Source: Macrostomum lignano
Taxonomy: Eukaryota
Length of the DNA stretch: 64,000 nucleotides
NCBI GenBank assembly: GCA_002269645.1
Contig: NIVC01000613.1
Span: forward strand, 62,001-126,000
Direction: 5' to 3'
The notes beneath the pieces were generated by a model. That model worked only from the letters and a program-made list of their open reading frames with translations, searched no databases and was not told the DNA's origin. Each line of letters starts with the position of its first letter. Positions within the stretch are counted from its first letter, which is position 1. The position numbers were made by a program, and so were the translations under genes. Positions 25,925 to 38,689 of this stretch are shown piece after piece.

Positions 25925-26420
25925 ATGGACTCAAAGTTTAGATTCGGCATTGCTGACATACTGGGCGAGAATCTTCAACGAAGTGGTCGTCCCGAGTTCG
26001 AGTTCGCTGACCGACAGTCTGAAGCCTTCGATGTTCGAGGAGACCCTGACCGACAACGGGAGGGCCGTCCAGCTTCCGTTGATGAAGCCGAGGACAAAGC
26101 TGGGGTTGAAGGCGATGCCGCAGATGAAGACAGCGAAGATGACGACGGTTGCTATGGAGACGAAGCCGACGGGGAAGAGGATGAGCCGCTGACCGAAGAG
26201 CGACCGCCCGGAGCTGCCGGCTCATCTGCCGCCGCCGCCGCCTGCGGCTTCCCGTTTCCTGGAATACCGACATCGTTTGCCGCTGCAGCAGCTGCGGCGG
26301 CGGCGGCGGCTGCTGCTGCTGCTGCGGCGTCGAGCTCGGGACCGCGGCTGGACCAGGCGAGCCAGCTGGCCTGGCTGTACCCGGGGCTGGTGAACCGGCA
26401 GGGCATGTTCGGACTGGGTG
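25925..26420 (+). CDS. Bari: Bari/CEH-19-type NKL homeobox gene, exon 1 (eh1 motif, acidic and poly-Ala tracts)
   Basis: MDSKFRFGIADILG contains an eh1/Groucho motif (FxIxxIL). Phase-1 donor G|GTGAGC at 26421 matches the phase-1 acceptor at 28672. Confidence 0.82.
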
Positions 26421-26559
26421 GTGAGCGAACCCGCGTCTGCGGGCTGGGCAATTGCAAGGGGAATTAGAGGGAATTGTTCGGAGAATCGCGCAGGGAATTG
26501 AAAAAGGATTTTGCCGGGAATCACACGGTCAGGCAACGATAGCTCATGGGATCACTTGA

Positions 26560-27050
26560 AAAATTACGCAGTAAATTACGTGGAGAATCACGCGGGAGAT
26601 TACGGAGAGAACCGGCGGGGAATTACAAAGAAAACCGGTGGGGAATCACAAATAAAACAGGCGGGGAATCACAAAGAGAATCGGCAGGGAGTTACAAAGA
26701 AAACCGGCGGGGAATCTCAAAGAGAATTGGTGGGGAATCACAAAGAGAATCGACGGGGAATCTCAAAGAGAATTGGTGGGGAATCACAAAGAGAATCGAC
26801 GGGGAATCTCAAAGAGAATTGGTGGGGAATCACAAAGAGAATCGGCGGGGAATTACAAAGAGAATTGGTGGGGAATCACAAAGAGAATCGGCAAGGAATC
26901 ACGTAGAGAATTGGCGGGGAATCACAAAGAGAATCGGCAAGGAATCACGTAGAGAATTGGTGGGGAATCACATAGAGAATTGTTGGGGAATCGCACAGAG
27001 AACCAGCGGGGAATCACAAAGAAAAAAGTCGGATAATTAGAAAGAGAATC
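26560..27050. repeat. 23-bp degenerate minisatellite (GGGAATCACAAAGAGAATCGGCG) in homeobox intron 1
   Basis: Direct reading. Confidence 0.9.
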
Positions 27051-27784
27051 GCGTGGGGAATTACATGGAGAGTCATACGGGGAATTGCTAAAAATGTTCT
27101 GATTGTTAGAAGAGTGTTAGAAGAGAGTTTAATGATAAAATAGCATTATTATTAATATTCTTTTAAACATTCTTGAAATGCACACGGCACAGCTGAATGG
27201 CTTAAACAAATATGAGACCCCAGTTCCGAATGAAAGCATTTGAGAACTGCTGAGTCCACCATTTTAGCATAATTGACCATTTTGCCAAATAGATTACCCC
27301 AAGCTCTCAGCACTGAGAGGCGAGTCTAAAGAGGAAAAGTCAGACGGGCCACTCTCAGCCCTCAACTCCCACTTTCCCACAAGCACCTGACCGAGTTCCC
27401 ACAGATGAAGGATTCCAGACTCTCTCCTGCCTCTCCCTACCATATCATAGCCAATGAACAAAATTATGCGGATTGAATTGAGTTAATCTCCTGATTAAGA
27501 CGCTTGTCAGTGACAAATGGGCTGAGGCAGGACTCGAGAGGGGTCGGGAAGGGACAGGGAGGGGCAGAAGTTAGGGGCGGAGAACACGTGTGAAAGTGTG
27601 TTGTTTTCTCAGCAAACAAATCGACCCCAAAAAGCCATTTTCCTATATTTCCTCTTTGCCACTTTACATCACTTTAGAGTTCCTCGAAGGACTCAATGGA
27701 CCGCCATTAATGGGACTGGATCAGTTAGTTGGGGCCCGTGCAGACTCGTTCATGCGATCCAACGAATGAATACCTGGCCAATTC

Positions 27785-28612
27785 TTTTCCGTTTTCTTTT
27801 CAGTTTTCTTCTCCGTTTTCTTCTCCGTTTTCTTCTTCGTTTTCTTCTCCGTTTTCTTCTCCGTGTTCTTCTCCGTGTTCTTCTCCGTTTTCTTCTCCGT
27901 TTTCTTCTCCGTGTTCTTCTCCGTGTTCTTCTCCGTTTTCTTCTCCGTTTTCTTCTTCGTTTTCTTTTCAGTTTTCTTCTCCGTTTTCTTCTCCGTGTTC
28001 TTCTCCGTTTTTTTCTTCGTTTTCTTTTCAGTTTTCTTCTCCGTTTTCTTCTCCGTTTTCTTCTCCGTGTTCTTCTCCGTTTTCTTCTTCGTTTTCTTTT
28101 CAGTTTTCTTCTCCGTTTTCTTCTCCGTGTTCTTCTCCGTTTTCTTCTTCGTTTTCTTTTCAGTTTTCTTCTCCGTTTTCTTCTCCGTTTTCTTCTCCGT
28201 TTTCTTCTCCGTGTTCTTCTCAGTTTTCTTTTCCGTTTTCTTTTCCGTTTTCTTCTCCGTTTTCTTCTCTGTTTTCTTCTCCGTTTTCTTTTCAGTTTTC
28301 TTTTCCGTTTTCTTTTCCGTTTTCTTCTCCGTTTTCTTCTCTGTTTTCTTCTCCGTTTTCTTCTCCGTTTTCTTCTCCGTTTTCTTCTCCGTTTTCTTCT
28401 CCGTTTTCTTCTCCGTTTTCTTTTCAGTTTTCTTCTTCGTTTTCTTCTCCGTGTTCTTCTCCGTTTTCTTCTCCGTTTTCTTCTCCGTTTTCTTCTCCGT
28501 TTTCTTCTCCGTTTTCTTCTCCGTTTTCTTCTCCGTGTTCTTCTCCGTTTTCTTCTTCGTTTTCTTTTCAGTTTTCTTCTCCGTTTTATTTTCCATTTTC
28601 TTCTCCGTTTTC
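27785..28612. repeat. 12-bp pyrimidine repeat (TTTTCTTCTCCG) in homeobox intron 1
   Basis: Direct reading. Confidence 0.96.
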
Positions 28613-28672
28613 TTAGAAAGTGGTTGCCATGGCAACTCCAACAAAGCCATTCTGAATTCTGCCAACTCGCAG

Positions 28673-28776
28673 CTCCGAAGCAGCAGGGCCGTCGGGCTCG
28701 CAAGCCGGGCATGGAGCGAAAGCCGAGACAGGCGTACTCTTCCAAGCAGCTGGAGAGGCTGGAGACCGAGTTCAAG
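28673..28776 (+). CDS. Bari: Homeobox gene, exon 2 (homeodomain residues 1-21)
   Basis: Acceptor CTCGCAG|CT; encodes PKQQGRRARKPGMERKPRQAYSSKQLERLETEFK; phase-0 donor AAG|GTAATT. Confidence 0.88.
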
Positions 28777-28807
28777 GTAATTCTCCCTGGCAGTTCCTTG
28801 TGCTTCG

Positions 28808-29620
28808 GTGACTTCCCTGGTGTGTCAGTGACTTCCCTGGTGTGTCAGTGACTTCCCTGGTGTGTCAGTGACTTCCCTGGTGTGTCAGTGACTTCTCTGG
28901 TGTGTCAGTGACTTCCCTGTTGTGTCAGTGACTTTTCTGGTGTGTCAGTGACTTCCCTGGTGTGTCAGTGACTTCCCTGGTGTGTCAGTGACTTCCCTGG
29001 TGTGTCAGTGACTTTCCTGGTGTGTCAGTGACTTTCCTGGTGTGTCAGTGACTTTCCTGGTGTGTCAGTGACTTTCCTGGTGTGTCAGTGACTTTCCTGG
29101 TGTGTCAGTGACTTTCCTGGTGTGTCAGTGACTTTCCTGGTGTGTCAGTGACTTTCCTGGTGTGTCAGTGACTTTCCCTGGTGTGTCAGTGACTTCCCTG
29201 GTGTGTCAGTGACTTTCCTGGTGTGTCAGTGACTTCTCTGGTGTGTCAGTGACTTTTCTGGTGTGTCAGTGACTTTTCTGGTGTGTCAGTGACTTCTCTG
29301 GTGTGTCAGTGACTTCCCTGGTGTGTCAGTGACTTCCCTGGTGTGTCAGTGACTTCTCTGGTGTGTCAGTGACTTCTCTGGTGTGTCAGTGACTTCCCTG
29401 GTGTGTCAGTGACTTCCCTGGTGTGTCAGTGACTTCTCTGGTGTGTCAGTGACTTCCCTGGTGTGTCAGTGACTTTCCTGGTGTGTCAGTGACTTTCCTG
29501 GTGTGTCAGTGACTTTCCTGGTGTGTCAGTGACTTTCCTGGTGTGTCAGTGACTTTCCTGGTGTGTCAGTGACTTCCCTGGTGTGTCAGTGACTTCTCTG
29601 GTGTGTCAGTGACTCCCCCC
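28808..29620. repeat. 20-bp minisatellite (GTGACTTCCCTGGTGTGTCA), about 40 copies, in homeobox intron 2
   Basis: Direct reading. Confidence 0.96.
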
Positions 29621-29629
29621 GGTGTGTGA

Positions 29630-30322
<693 letters not shown>

Positions 30323-30399
30323 TTGTTGAAGAAAAGTTGAATGCTTTTTAGCTTTAGCATGATACTGACTTCTACGAGCTAAGAGACTTGTCAATTTTA

Positions 30400-30960
30400 T
30401 AGGACACTATGTACTTTTGTATCGATGTATTAAACCCTACAGTCAATCGGAGGGCTCTGTTTACTTTACGGCTCGTAGTACTGATGTACTAAACCCTGCA
30501 GTCAATATAATTGAAGGACACTGTGTACTTTTGTATCGATGTACTAAACCTTGCAGACAGACAAAATAATTAAAGGACACTGTGTACTTTGTACGAGCGT
30601 ATCGATGTACTAAATCCCGCAGTCAATATAATTAAAGGACACTATGTACTTTTGTATCGATGTGCTAAACGCTGCAGAAAATATAATTAAAGGACGCTAT
30701 GTACTTTCGTATCAATGTAATAAACCCTGCAGAACCCTGCAGTCAATATAATTAGAGGACACTATGTACCTTTGCATGGATGTACTAAACCCCGCAGTCA
30801 ATATTATAACTAAAAGACACTGTGTACTTTTGTATCGATGTACTAAACCTGCAGTTTATGATTAAAGGACACTATGTACTTTTGTATCGATGTACTAAAC
30901 CCTGCAGTCAATGTAATTAAAAGACACTTTGTACTTTTGTATCTATGTACTATACCTCGA
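30400..30960. repeat. Degenerate ~54-bp tandem repeat just 3' of the homeobox stop codon
   Basis: Recurring GACACTATGTACTTTTGTATCGATGTACTAAACCCTGCAGTCAATATAATTAAAG. Confidence 0.88.
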
Positions 30961-31416
30961 AGCAAATTCAATGATAGAGCACTGAGTGATTACGAGTTGG
31001 TATCCATGTACGAGCGTACTAAGAATCTACATACTACTTGCTGAGTTTATGATTACCTTTAGTTATATTGATGATAAGTACATGCAACTATTTAATTCTG
31101 AGTAAGTACACAATATTTATGTATTCAATAGAATTTCTGTTGTTGTCATTGTTGACATTTCAGCTTGAAATAGTAAGCATCAGTCAAATTGTTTTTGTTA
31201 TTCTGCATCAGTCATTTATTCACTGTTGAAAATAAAACAGTTCTGCTCGATGAAGTCATTATCTTTTTATTTTTGTGTTGTCTTTCTTGTGGTAAATTTC
31301 ATAGACAAATTTATTTGATACAAATAACTTTTTATGCACGGGCTCTGGAGGTATGAGCTGGAGGGATTTTGTCAGCTTGCATATGGTCCTCTTCCGGGTG
31401 ATGTTTTATATTTATG

Positions 31417-31505
31417 GATGGTTGTGGATGGTTGTGGATGGTTGTGGATGGTTGTGGATGGTTGTGGATGGTTGTGGATGGTTGTGGATTGGTTGTGGAT
31501 GGTTG
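31417..31505. repeat. 10-bp repeat (GATGGTTGTG)
   Basis: Direct reading. Confidence 0.92.
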
Positions 31506-31789
31506 TAGGTAGCTATGAATTTAATAAACTGTTTAATATCCTGATTGGTCGGCCTGACCTTCTTTGTTATCGGCTTCGTCTTTCCAGCCATGCGTCGGGT
31601 TTCATGTCTCTTTATCTGACGCCCTGCTGCTGGGCTCAGCCGAGACCCGGTTTGACTTTATAAATACAGCGACAAACTGCCTCAGCTAAAAGGTCTGAAT
31701 TTTACGACTCTTAGTAAGCTAAATGAAAGTAAAAATTTTTCTAGTTTTACCATTCAGGCAACCTCGCCTGATTCAAATGTCAACCTCAT

Positions 31790-32750
31790 TGTCTACCCAG
31801 TGTCTACTCCAGTGTCTACCTCATTGTCTACTCCAGTTTCTACTCCAGTGTCTACCTCAGTGTCTACTCCAGTGTCTACCTCATTGTTTACCTCCGTGTC
31901 TACTCCAGTGTCTACCTCATTGTCTACCTCCGTGTCTACTCCATTGTCTACCTCATTGTTTTTATGTGCTCATACTCCAGTTTTTACTCCAATGCCTACT
32001 CCAATGTCTACTCCAATGTCTACTCCAGTGTCTACTCCAATGTCTACTCCAATGTCTACTCCAATGTCTACTCCAGTGTCTACTCCAATGTCTACTCCAG
32101 TGTCTACTCCAATGTCTACTCCAGTGTCTACTCCAATGTCTACTCCAGTGTCTACTCCAGTGTCAACTCCAGTGTCTTTCCAGTGCCAATCCAATACTGT
32201 CTACTTCACTGTCTACTCCAATGTCTACTCCAATGTCTACTCCAATGTCTACTCCAGTGTCTACTCCAATGTCTACTCCAGTGTCTACTCCAATGTCTAA
32301 TCCAGTGTCTACTCCAATGTCTACTCCAGTGTCTACTCCAATGTCAACTCCAGTGTCTACTCCAATGTCTACTCCAGTGTCTACTCCAGTGTCAACTCCA
32401 GTGTCTTTCCAGTGCCAATCCAATACTGTCTACTTCACTGTCTACTCCAATGTCTACTCTAGTGTCTACTCCAGTGTCTTTCCAGTGCCAATCCAATACT
32501 GTCTACTTCACTGTCTACTCCAGTGTCTTTCCAGTGCCAATCCAATACTGTCTACTTCACTGTCTACTCCAATGTCTACTCTAGTGTCTACTCCAGTGTC
32601 TTTCCAGTGCCAATCCAATACTGTCTACTTCACTGTCTACTCCAGTGTCTTTCCAGTGCCAATCCAATACTGTCTACTTCACTGTCTACTCCAGTGTCTT
32701 TCCAGTGCCAATCCAATACTGTCTACTTCACTGTCTACTCCAGTGTCTAT
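31790..32750. repeat. 12-bp repeat (GTCTACTCCAGT) with a recurring longer cassette (TTTCCAGTGCCAATCCAATACTGTCTACTTCACT)
   Basis: Direct reading. Confidence 0.94.
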
Positions 32751-33039
32751 TGTCAATTATCTGCTGTAGGTAATATGCAGTAATCTTTATCACGAAAAAT
32801 CACGATCAAACTCTCTCTTTTAACTCCAATTCAATAAAAAAACATTTCTATTTCTATTATCAAACTTTTGCTAAGTAAAATTTTCTTACTTTTAAATAGA
32901 ATCTATTTTCTGGAGTCATTGGAGCATGAATGCATTTGGATAATATGGAGGGATTTTTTAATAATAGGGGGCAGTTTTCCGATAAATAGGGAGCGAATTT
33001 CTGATAAATAGGGAAGGGGCGAATTTCTGAATAAAAAGG

Positions 33040-33430
33040 GGCGGATTTCTGCGTAATGGGGGGCGGATTTCTGAATATTAGGGGCGGATTTCTGAATATT
33101 AGGGGCGGATTTCTGAATATTAGGGGCGGATTTCTGAATATTAGGGGCGGATTTCTGAATACTAGGGGCGGATTTCTGAATATTAGGGGCGGATTTCTGA
33201 ATATTAGGGGCGGATTTCTGAATATTAGGGGCGGATTTCTGAATATTAGGGGCGGATTTCTGAATATTAGGGGCGGATTTCTGAATATTAGGGGCGGATT
33301 TCTGAATATTAGGGGCGGATTTCTGAATATTAGGGGCGGATTTCTGAATATTAGGGGCGGATTTCTGAATATTAGGGGCGGATTTCTGAATATTAGGGGC
33401 GGATTTCTGAATATTAGGGGCGGATTTCGG
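33040..33430. repeat. 21-bp minisatellite (TTTCTGAATATTAGGGGCGGA), about 17 near-perfect copies
   Basis: Direct reading. Confidence 0.96.
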
Positions 33431-33814
33431 AATAAAAGTATCGGATGCCGTGAGGCCTCCTTTAGGTTAATGAGATTACAGAAGATAAGATTTCTGAAAC
33501 ATATATCTAGTATCAGAAAAGAGTAAAAATGAAAAATATGACTATTTACAGTTAATCAACTAGCTAATAAACATTGATAATTTTATAACTGATTTGTACT
33601 GGGTGGTTCTTGCATTAACCGATTAAGTTGATAAAGAAATTGAATTGTTGATAGGTGTAACAAACTTTTTGGGTAGATAAACATGAGTGAGATTATTGCA
33701 CAGAAGGGCGCCTTCTCAGTATTAACTACTAGCTAACTATTGATGGAGTGCATTGAAAAAAGATGGAAAAAATTTACATTGAAATCGTTTTGTTGCATTG
33801 TTTTTGTAAATTAG

Positions 33815-35290
33815 AAGAGGGGCGGAAGGAGAATCCGTCAGGGGCGGAAGGAGAATCCGATGGGGGCTGAAGGAGAATCCGTCAGGGGGCGGAAGGAGAA
33901 TCCGTCAGGGGCGGAAGGAGAATCCGTCAGGGGGCGGAAGGAGAATCCGATAGGGGGCGGAAGGAGAATCCGATAGGGGGCGGAAGGAGAATCCGTCAGG
34001 GGCGGAAGGAGAATCCGTCAGGGGGCGGAAGGAGAATCCGTCAGGGGGCGGAAGGAGAATCCGTCAGGGGCGGAAGGAGAATCCGATAGGGGGCGGAAGG
34101 AGAATCCGTCAGGGGGCGGAAGGAGAATCTTATAGGGGGGCGGAAGGAGAATCTTATAGGGGGGCGGAAGGAGAATCCGATAGGGGCGGAAGGAGAATCC
34201 GTCAGGGGGCGGAAGGAGAATCCGATAGGGGGCGGAAGGAGAATCTTATAGGGGGGCGGAAGGAGAATCCGATAGGGGGTGGAAGGAGAATCTTATAGGG
34301 GGGCGGAAGGAGAATCCGTCAGGGGGCGGAAGGAGAATCTTATAGGGGGGCGGAAGGAGAATCCGATAGGGGGCGGAAGGAGAATCTTATAGGGGGCGGA
34401 ATCTTATAGGGGGCGGAAGGAGAATCCGTCAGGGGGCGGAAGGAGAATCCGTCAGGGGGCGGAAGGAGAATCCGTCAGGGGGCGGAAGGAGAATCCGATA
34501 GGGGGCGGAAGGAGAATCCGTCAGGGGGCGGAAGGAGAATCTTATAGGGGGCGGAAGGAGAATCTTATAGGGGGCGGAAGGAGAATCGATAGGGCGGAAG
34601 GGAATCCGTCAGGGGGCGGAAGGAGAATCCGACAGGGGGCGGAAGGAGAATCTTATAGGGGGGCGGAAGGAGAATCCGATAGGGGGTGGAAGGAGAATCT
34701 TATAGGGGGGGGGGGGCGGAAGGAGAATCCGTCAGGGGGCGGAAGGAGAATCCGATAGGGGGCGGAAGGAGAATCTTATAGGGGGCGGAATCTTATAGGG
34801 GGCGGAAGGAGAATCCGATAGGGGGTGGAAGGAGAATCCGATAGGGGCGGAAGGAGAATCCGTCAGGGGGCGGAAGGAGAATCCGATAGGGGGCGGAAGG
34901 AGAATCTTATAGGGGGGCGGAAGGAGAATCCGATAGGGAGTGGAAGGAGAATCTTATAGGGGGGCGGAAGGAGAATCCGTCAGGGGGCGGAAGGAGAATC
35001 CGATAGGGGCGGAAGGAGAATCCGTCAGGGGGCGGAAGGAGAATCCGATAGGGGGCGGAAGGAGAATCTTATAGGGGGGCGGAAGGAGAATCCGATAGGG
35101 GGTGGAAGGAGAATCTTATAGGGGGGCGGAAGGAGAATCCGATAGGGGGCGGAAGGAGAATCCGTCAGGGGCGGAAGGAGAATCCGATAGGGGGCGGAAG
35201 GAGAATCTTATAGGGGGGCGGAAGGAGAATCTTATAGGGGGGGCGGAAGGAGAATCCGTCAGGGGCGGAAGGAGAATCCGATAGGGGGCG
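33815..35290. repeat. ~23-bp G-rich minisatellite (AGGGGGCGGAAGGAGAATCCGTC and variants), starting about 60 nt past the receptor stop codon
   Basis: Direct reading. Confidence 0.96.
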
Positions 35291-35350
35291 GGAGAGCCTC
35301 ACAGAAATAGTTTCAAAAGTGCTCGGCAAGCCCTCAGCTCAGCGGGGTGC

Positions 35351-35946
35351 CTAGGCGACCTTCTTGAACAGCGGCATGATGACCAGGATGATGATGGTGG
35401 ACATGCAGGCGGCCAGCAGGAACAGCCAGAACAGCAGGCGGTCGACAATGAAGGCCAGCATCCGCCAGTCGCTGATGATCATCTGGACGGCTTCGTCCTC
35501 GGCCTGACGGCGGATCAGCATCCGCAGGTGCCGCTGCAGCTGGTCGTACTGGCGCAGCACTGCGGGGTCGCCGCTGGGGCCGACCGGCGACGTCCCGGCG
35601 GTCGTCGAGAATCTCGTCGAAGCAGTTGGCGACTTCTCCGCTGATGCGCCGTTGCAGGCGTCGGTCTCAGCGGTGTCGGCGTCGTCCAAGGCGGTGTCAG
35701 AGTCGCCGGCGCCGTACGCCAGCCGGCTCTGCGTCTCCTCGAAGCGCTGGCGCCGCCGACGCGCCTTGCGCTCGTAGCGCGCCACGGAGGACATGCAGAG
35801 CAGCGGCGCCAGACTGCGGAACAAAATCCGCTTGATGGCTGCCGGCACCGGCCGGTCGTTCGGGCCGATGTGGTGCAGGTGGAGCACGAACACCGTCAGG
35901 ACGATCGACAGCGAGGTGGTGGACATTGTGACAGTCAGGTAGATGC
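35351..35946 (-). CDS. nAChR-family subunit, last exon (M3, cytoplasmic loop, M4)
   Basis: Phase-1 acceptor GCAG|GC; GIYLTVTMSTTSLSIVLTVFVLHLHH...SDWRMLAFIVDRLLFWLF; stop at 35351. Confidence 0.93.
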
Positions 35947-36014
35947 CTGCGGCCCGGAGTTCAGGGTTGGTTTTTGAATTGAAGATTGAGACGAACTCAA
36001 CCGAATTTTTATTT

Positions 36015-36835
36015 AGGTAGATTGGGGCGGATTTAGGTAGATTGTAGCAAATTTAGGTAGATTGGGGCGGATTTAGGTAGATTGTAGCAAATTTAGGTAG
36101 ATTGGGGCGGATTTAGGTAGATTGAGGCGGATTTGAGTAGATTGGGCGGATTTAGGTAGATTGGGGTGGATTTAGGTAGATTGGGCGGATTTAGGTAGAT
36201 TGGGGTGGATTTAGGTAGATTGGGGCGGATTTAGGTAGATTGGCGGATTTAGGTAGATTGGGCGGATTTAGGTAGATTGGGGCGGATTTAGGTAGATTGG
36301 GGCGGATTTAGGTAGATTGGGGCGGATTTAGGTAGATTGTAGCAAATTTAGGTAGATTGGGGTGGATTTAGGTAGATTGTAGCAAATTTAGGTAGATTGG
36401 GGCGGATTTAGGTAGATTGAGGCGGAATTGAGTAGATTGGGGTGGATTTAGGTAGATTGGGGCGGATTTAGGTAGATTGGGGCGGATTTAGGTAGATTGG
36501 GGCAGATTTAGGTAGATTGGAGCAGATTTAGGTAGATTGGGGCGGATTTAGATAGATTGGGCGGATTTAGGTAGATTGGGGCGGATTTAGATAGATTGGG
36601 CGGATTTAGGTAGATTGGGGCGGATTTTAGTAGATTGGAGCAGATTTAGATAGATTGGGCGGATTTAAGTAGATTGGGGCGGATTTTAGTAGATTGGAGC
36701 AGGTTTAGGTAGATTGGGGCGGATTTAGGTAGATTGGGGCGGATTTATGTAGATTGGGGAGGATTTAGGTAGATTGGAGCAGATTTTAGGTAGATTGGGG
36801 CGGATTTGAGTAGATTGGGGCGGATTTGAGTAGAT
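36015..36835. repeat. 20-bp intronic minisatellite (TTTAGGTAGATTGGGGCGGA)
   Basis: Direct reading. Confidence 0.96.
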
Positions 36836-36955
36836 TTGACTGTAATGATTAGATACGAACTCCAATTTTAGATTGGTATTGAAACAATGGCTCCACGATG
36901 CTCTCCAAGACAGGAATAAAAAGCTTCAATAAACAGCGATGAGCTGAGCTCTCAC

Positions 36956-37214
36956 CAATGAGCGGAACGAATTCGCTAGTGGCTGGCATGTTCTCAGCAA
37001 TGAGCAGCATGAACACTGAGAAGGCCAGCAGCACCGTGATGCCCAGGGTGATCTTCTCGCCCGAATCCGGCGGCAGCCAGAATCCCAGCAGGCTGAGAAC
37101 GGTGAGCCACAGGCAGGGAAAGATTATGTTGAACAGGTAGTAAAGGGTTCGGCGTCTGATCACGATGTGGAACTTGATATCCGGGTAGGGTACCGGACTG
37201 ATTGGGTAGATGGT
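36956..37214 (-). CDS. nAChR-family subunit exon (loop C, M1, M2)
   Basis: Acceptor CGCAG|ACC; TIYPISPVPYPDIKFHIVIRRRTLYYLFNIIFPC...PPDSGEKITLGITVLLAFSVFMLLIAENMPATSEFVPLI; phase-1 donor G|GTGAG. Confidence 0.95.
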
Positions 37215-37254
37215 CTGCGGGTTGAGCATGGCGCACATTATTGCGAGGGTGGTA

Positions 37255-37690
37255 CACTTGGGAGAGAGATGAAATGCCAAGATAGGGTTGAGGGCTCAGA
37301 GTGTACATTCGGGGAGAGAGATGAAATGCCAAGATAGGGTTGAGGGCTCAGAGTGTACATCCGGGGGAGAGAGATGAAATGCCAAGATAGGGTTGAGGGC
37401 TCAGAGTGTACATTCGGGGAGAGAGATGAAATGCCAAGATAGGGTTGAGGGCTCAGAGTGTACATTCGGGGAGAGAGATGAAATGCCAAGATAGGGTTGA
37501 GGGCTCAGAGTGTACATTCGGGGAGAGAGATGAAATGCCAAGATAGGGTTGAGGGCTCAGAGTGTACATTCGGGGGAGAGAGATGAAATACCAAAAAAAG
37601 GTGGAGGGCTCAGAGTGTACGTTCGGGAGAGAGATGAAATGCCAAGATAGGGTGGAGGCTCAGAGTGTACGTTCGGGAGAGACACTTGCC
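37255..37690. repeat. 52-bp intronic minisatellite, about 8 copies
   Basis: Unit GGGGAGAGAGATGAAATGCCAAGATAGGGTTGAGGGCTCAGAGTGTACATTC. Confidence 0.94.
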
Positions 37691-37824
37691 CGTGCAAACG
37701 CATTGTTACTCGTATTATTGATATTAGAAACTTAAAAATCAAAAGTTGATCGTTTCAAAAAGTTGATCAACCTATAGAAATTGGAGACTAACACAATTAT
37801 TTTATCATTAATTAATAGTCTCAC

Positions 37825-37903
37825 CTCCTGTCGCTCCACATCGATTCTAATCAGATTCCACTCTCCACTTTGAACATAATTTTGAAAGTCAACCTCATCC
37901 CGC
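37825..37903 (-). CDS. nAChR-family subunit exon (loop F)
   Basis: TTTCAG|G; RDEVDFQNYVQSGEWNLIRIDVERQE; phase-0 donor GAG|GTGAGA. Confidence 0.9.
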
Positions 37904-37991
37904 CTGAAATTTTAGTTTTCGCGATTTACCCTGAGTAGCATGAATTGAGTTTTTCGTCTTTCCAATTGAAAAAGGCTAAAAATCTTCTCAC

Positions 37992-38189
37992 TTCTTGGTG
38001 ATGTTAACTTGAAATCCGTCGTAGGTCCACGAGCCGAATTTCATCGTGCACACCTGGTCGTCGAATGGGAAATATGTGATGTCGATTTTGCAGGTCGATC
38101 TGAGCTTGGCCGGCGGCGGCCAGAACACGGTGCCGTTGGCATCGACCATCGCCTTGCTCTGCATGTAGCCCGTGGTGAAGTCATCGGCG
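37992..38189 (-). CDS. nAChR-family subunit exon (Cys-loop, loop B)
   Basis: [58 protein letters not shown] contains the C-x13-C signature; phase 2 at both ends. Confidence 0.95.
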
Positions 38190-38350
38190 CTAAAAAAAGT
38201 AAAAAAAAAATTGTAATTAAAATTCAGTAAATTGTCAAATCAGAAAATTTTTAAGCGATTTAAATCTTTTTTCGGCACTTTTACAAAAAACGGCAACAAA
38301 ATGCTCAGCTTGCCTACTAATGGTCAGTAGTAGAACTCGGACAGGCTCAC

Positions 38351-38460
38351 CTATTATAAAGTACAATATCGGGCAGCCAAATCTTCTGACAGGGAATGCG
38401 CAAGATTTCCAATCCGTTGTACTCCTTGGGATCCCAGTGGAGTCGCTCGTCGTGCCATTC
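38351..38460 (-). CDS. nAChR-family subunit exon (loop A)
   Basis: 110-nt exon EWHDERLHWDPKEYNGLEILRIPCQKIWLPDIVLYNS; TAG|GAA acceptor, AG|GTGAGC donor. Confidence 0.94.
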
Positions 38461-38689
38461 CTAGAAATCGGAGGGAATCGGGGCTTCTCGCGATCGCTGC
38501 TAAACTATTTAGCATAATTGTCCTAGAAATGCTATCCAGGCATTTCAGCTAGGATCTCGTAATTTAAACAGAATTTCATTTGCAAAAACTTGAGTCTGTT
38601 GAAATACAAACTCTGTTCTACAATGCAAGGATCACTAGTAGTCCTTGATGGGGCAGGCTTGATATTGGTTTGACAACTTTGGCAACCGG

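Noticed and set aside
30400-30960. CRISPR-like appearance of regularly spaced repeats (also 25240-25550)
   Set aside because: Units abut without unique spacers, there are no cas genes, and the context is eukaryotic.
33040-36835. TTAGG/TTAGGG words in minisatellite units as interstitial telomere
   Set aside because: Only one word per 20-21-bp unit, never in tandem.
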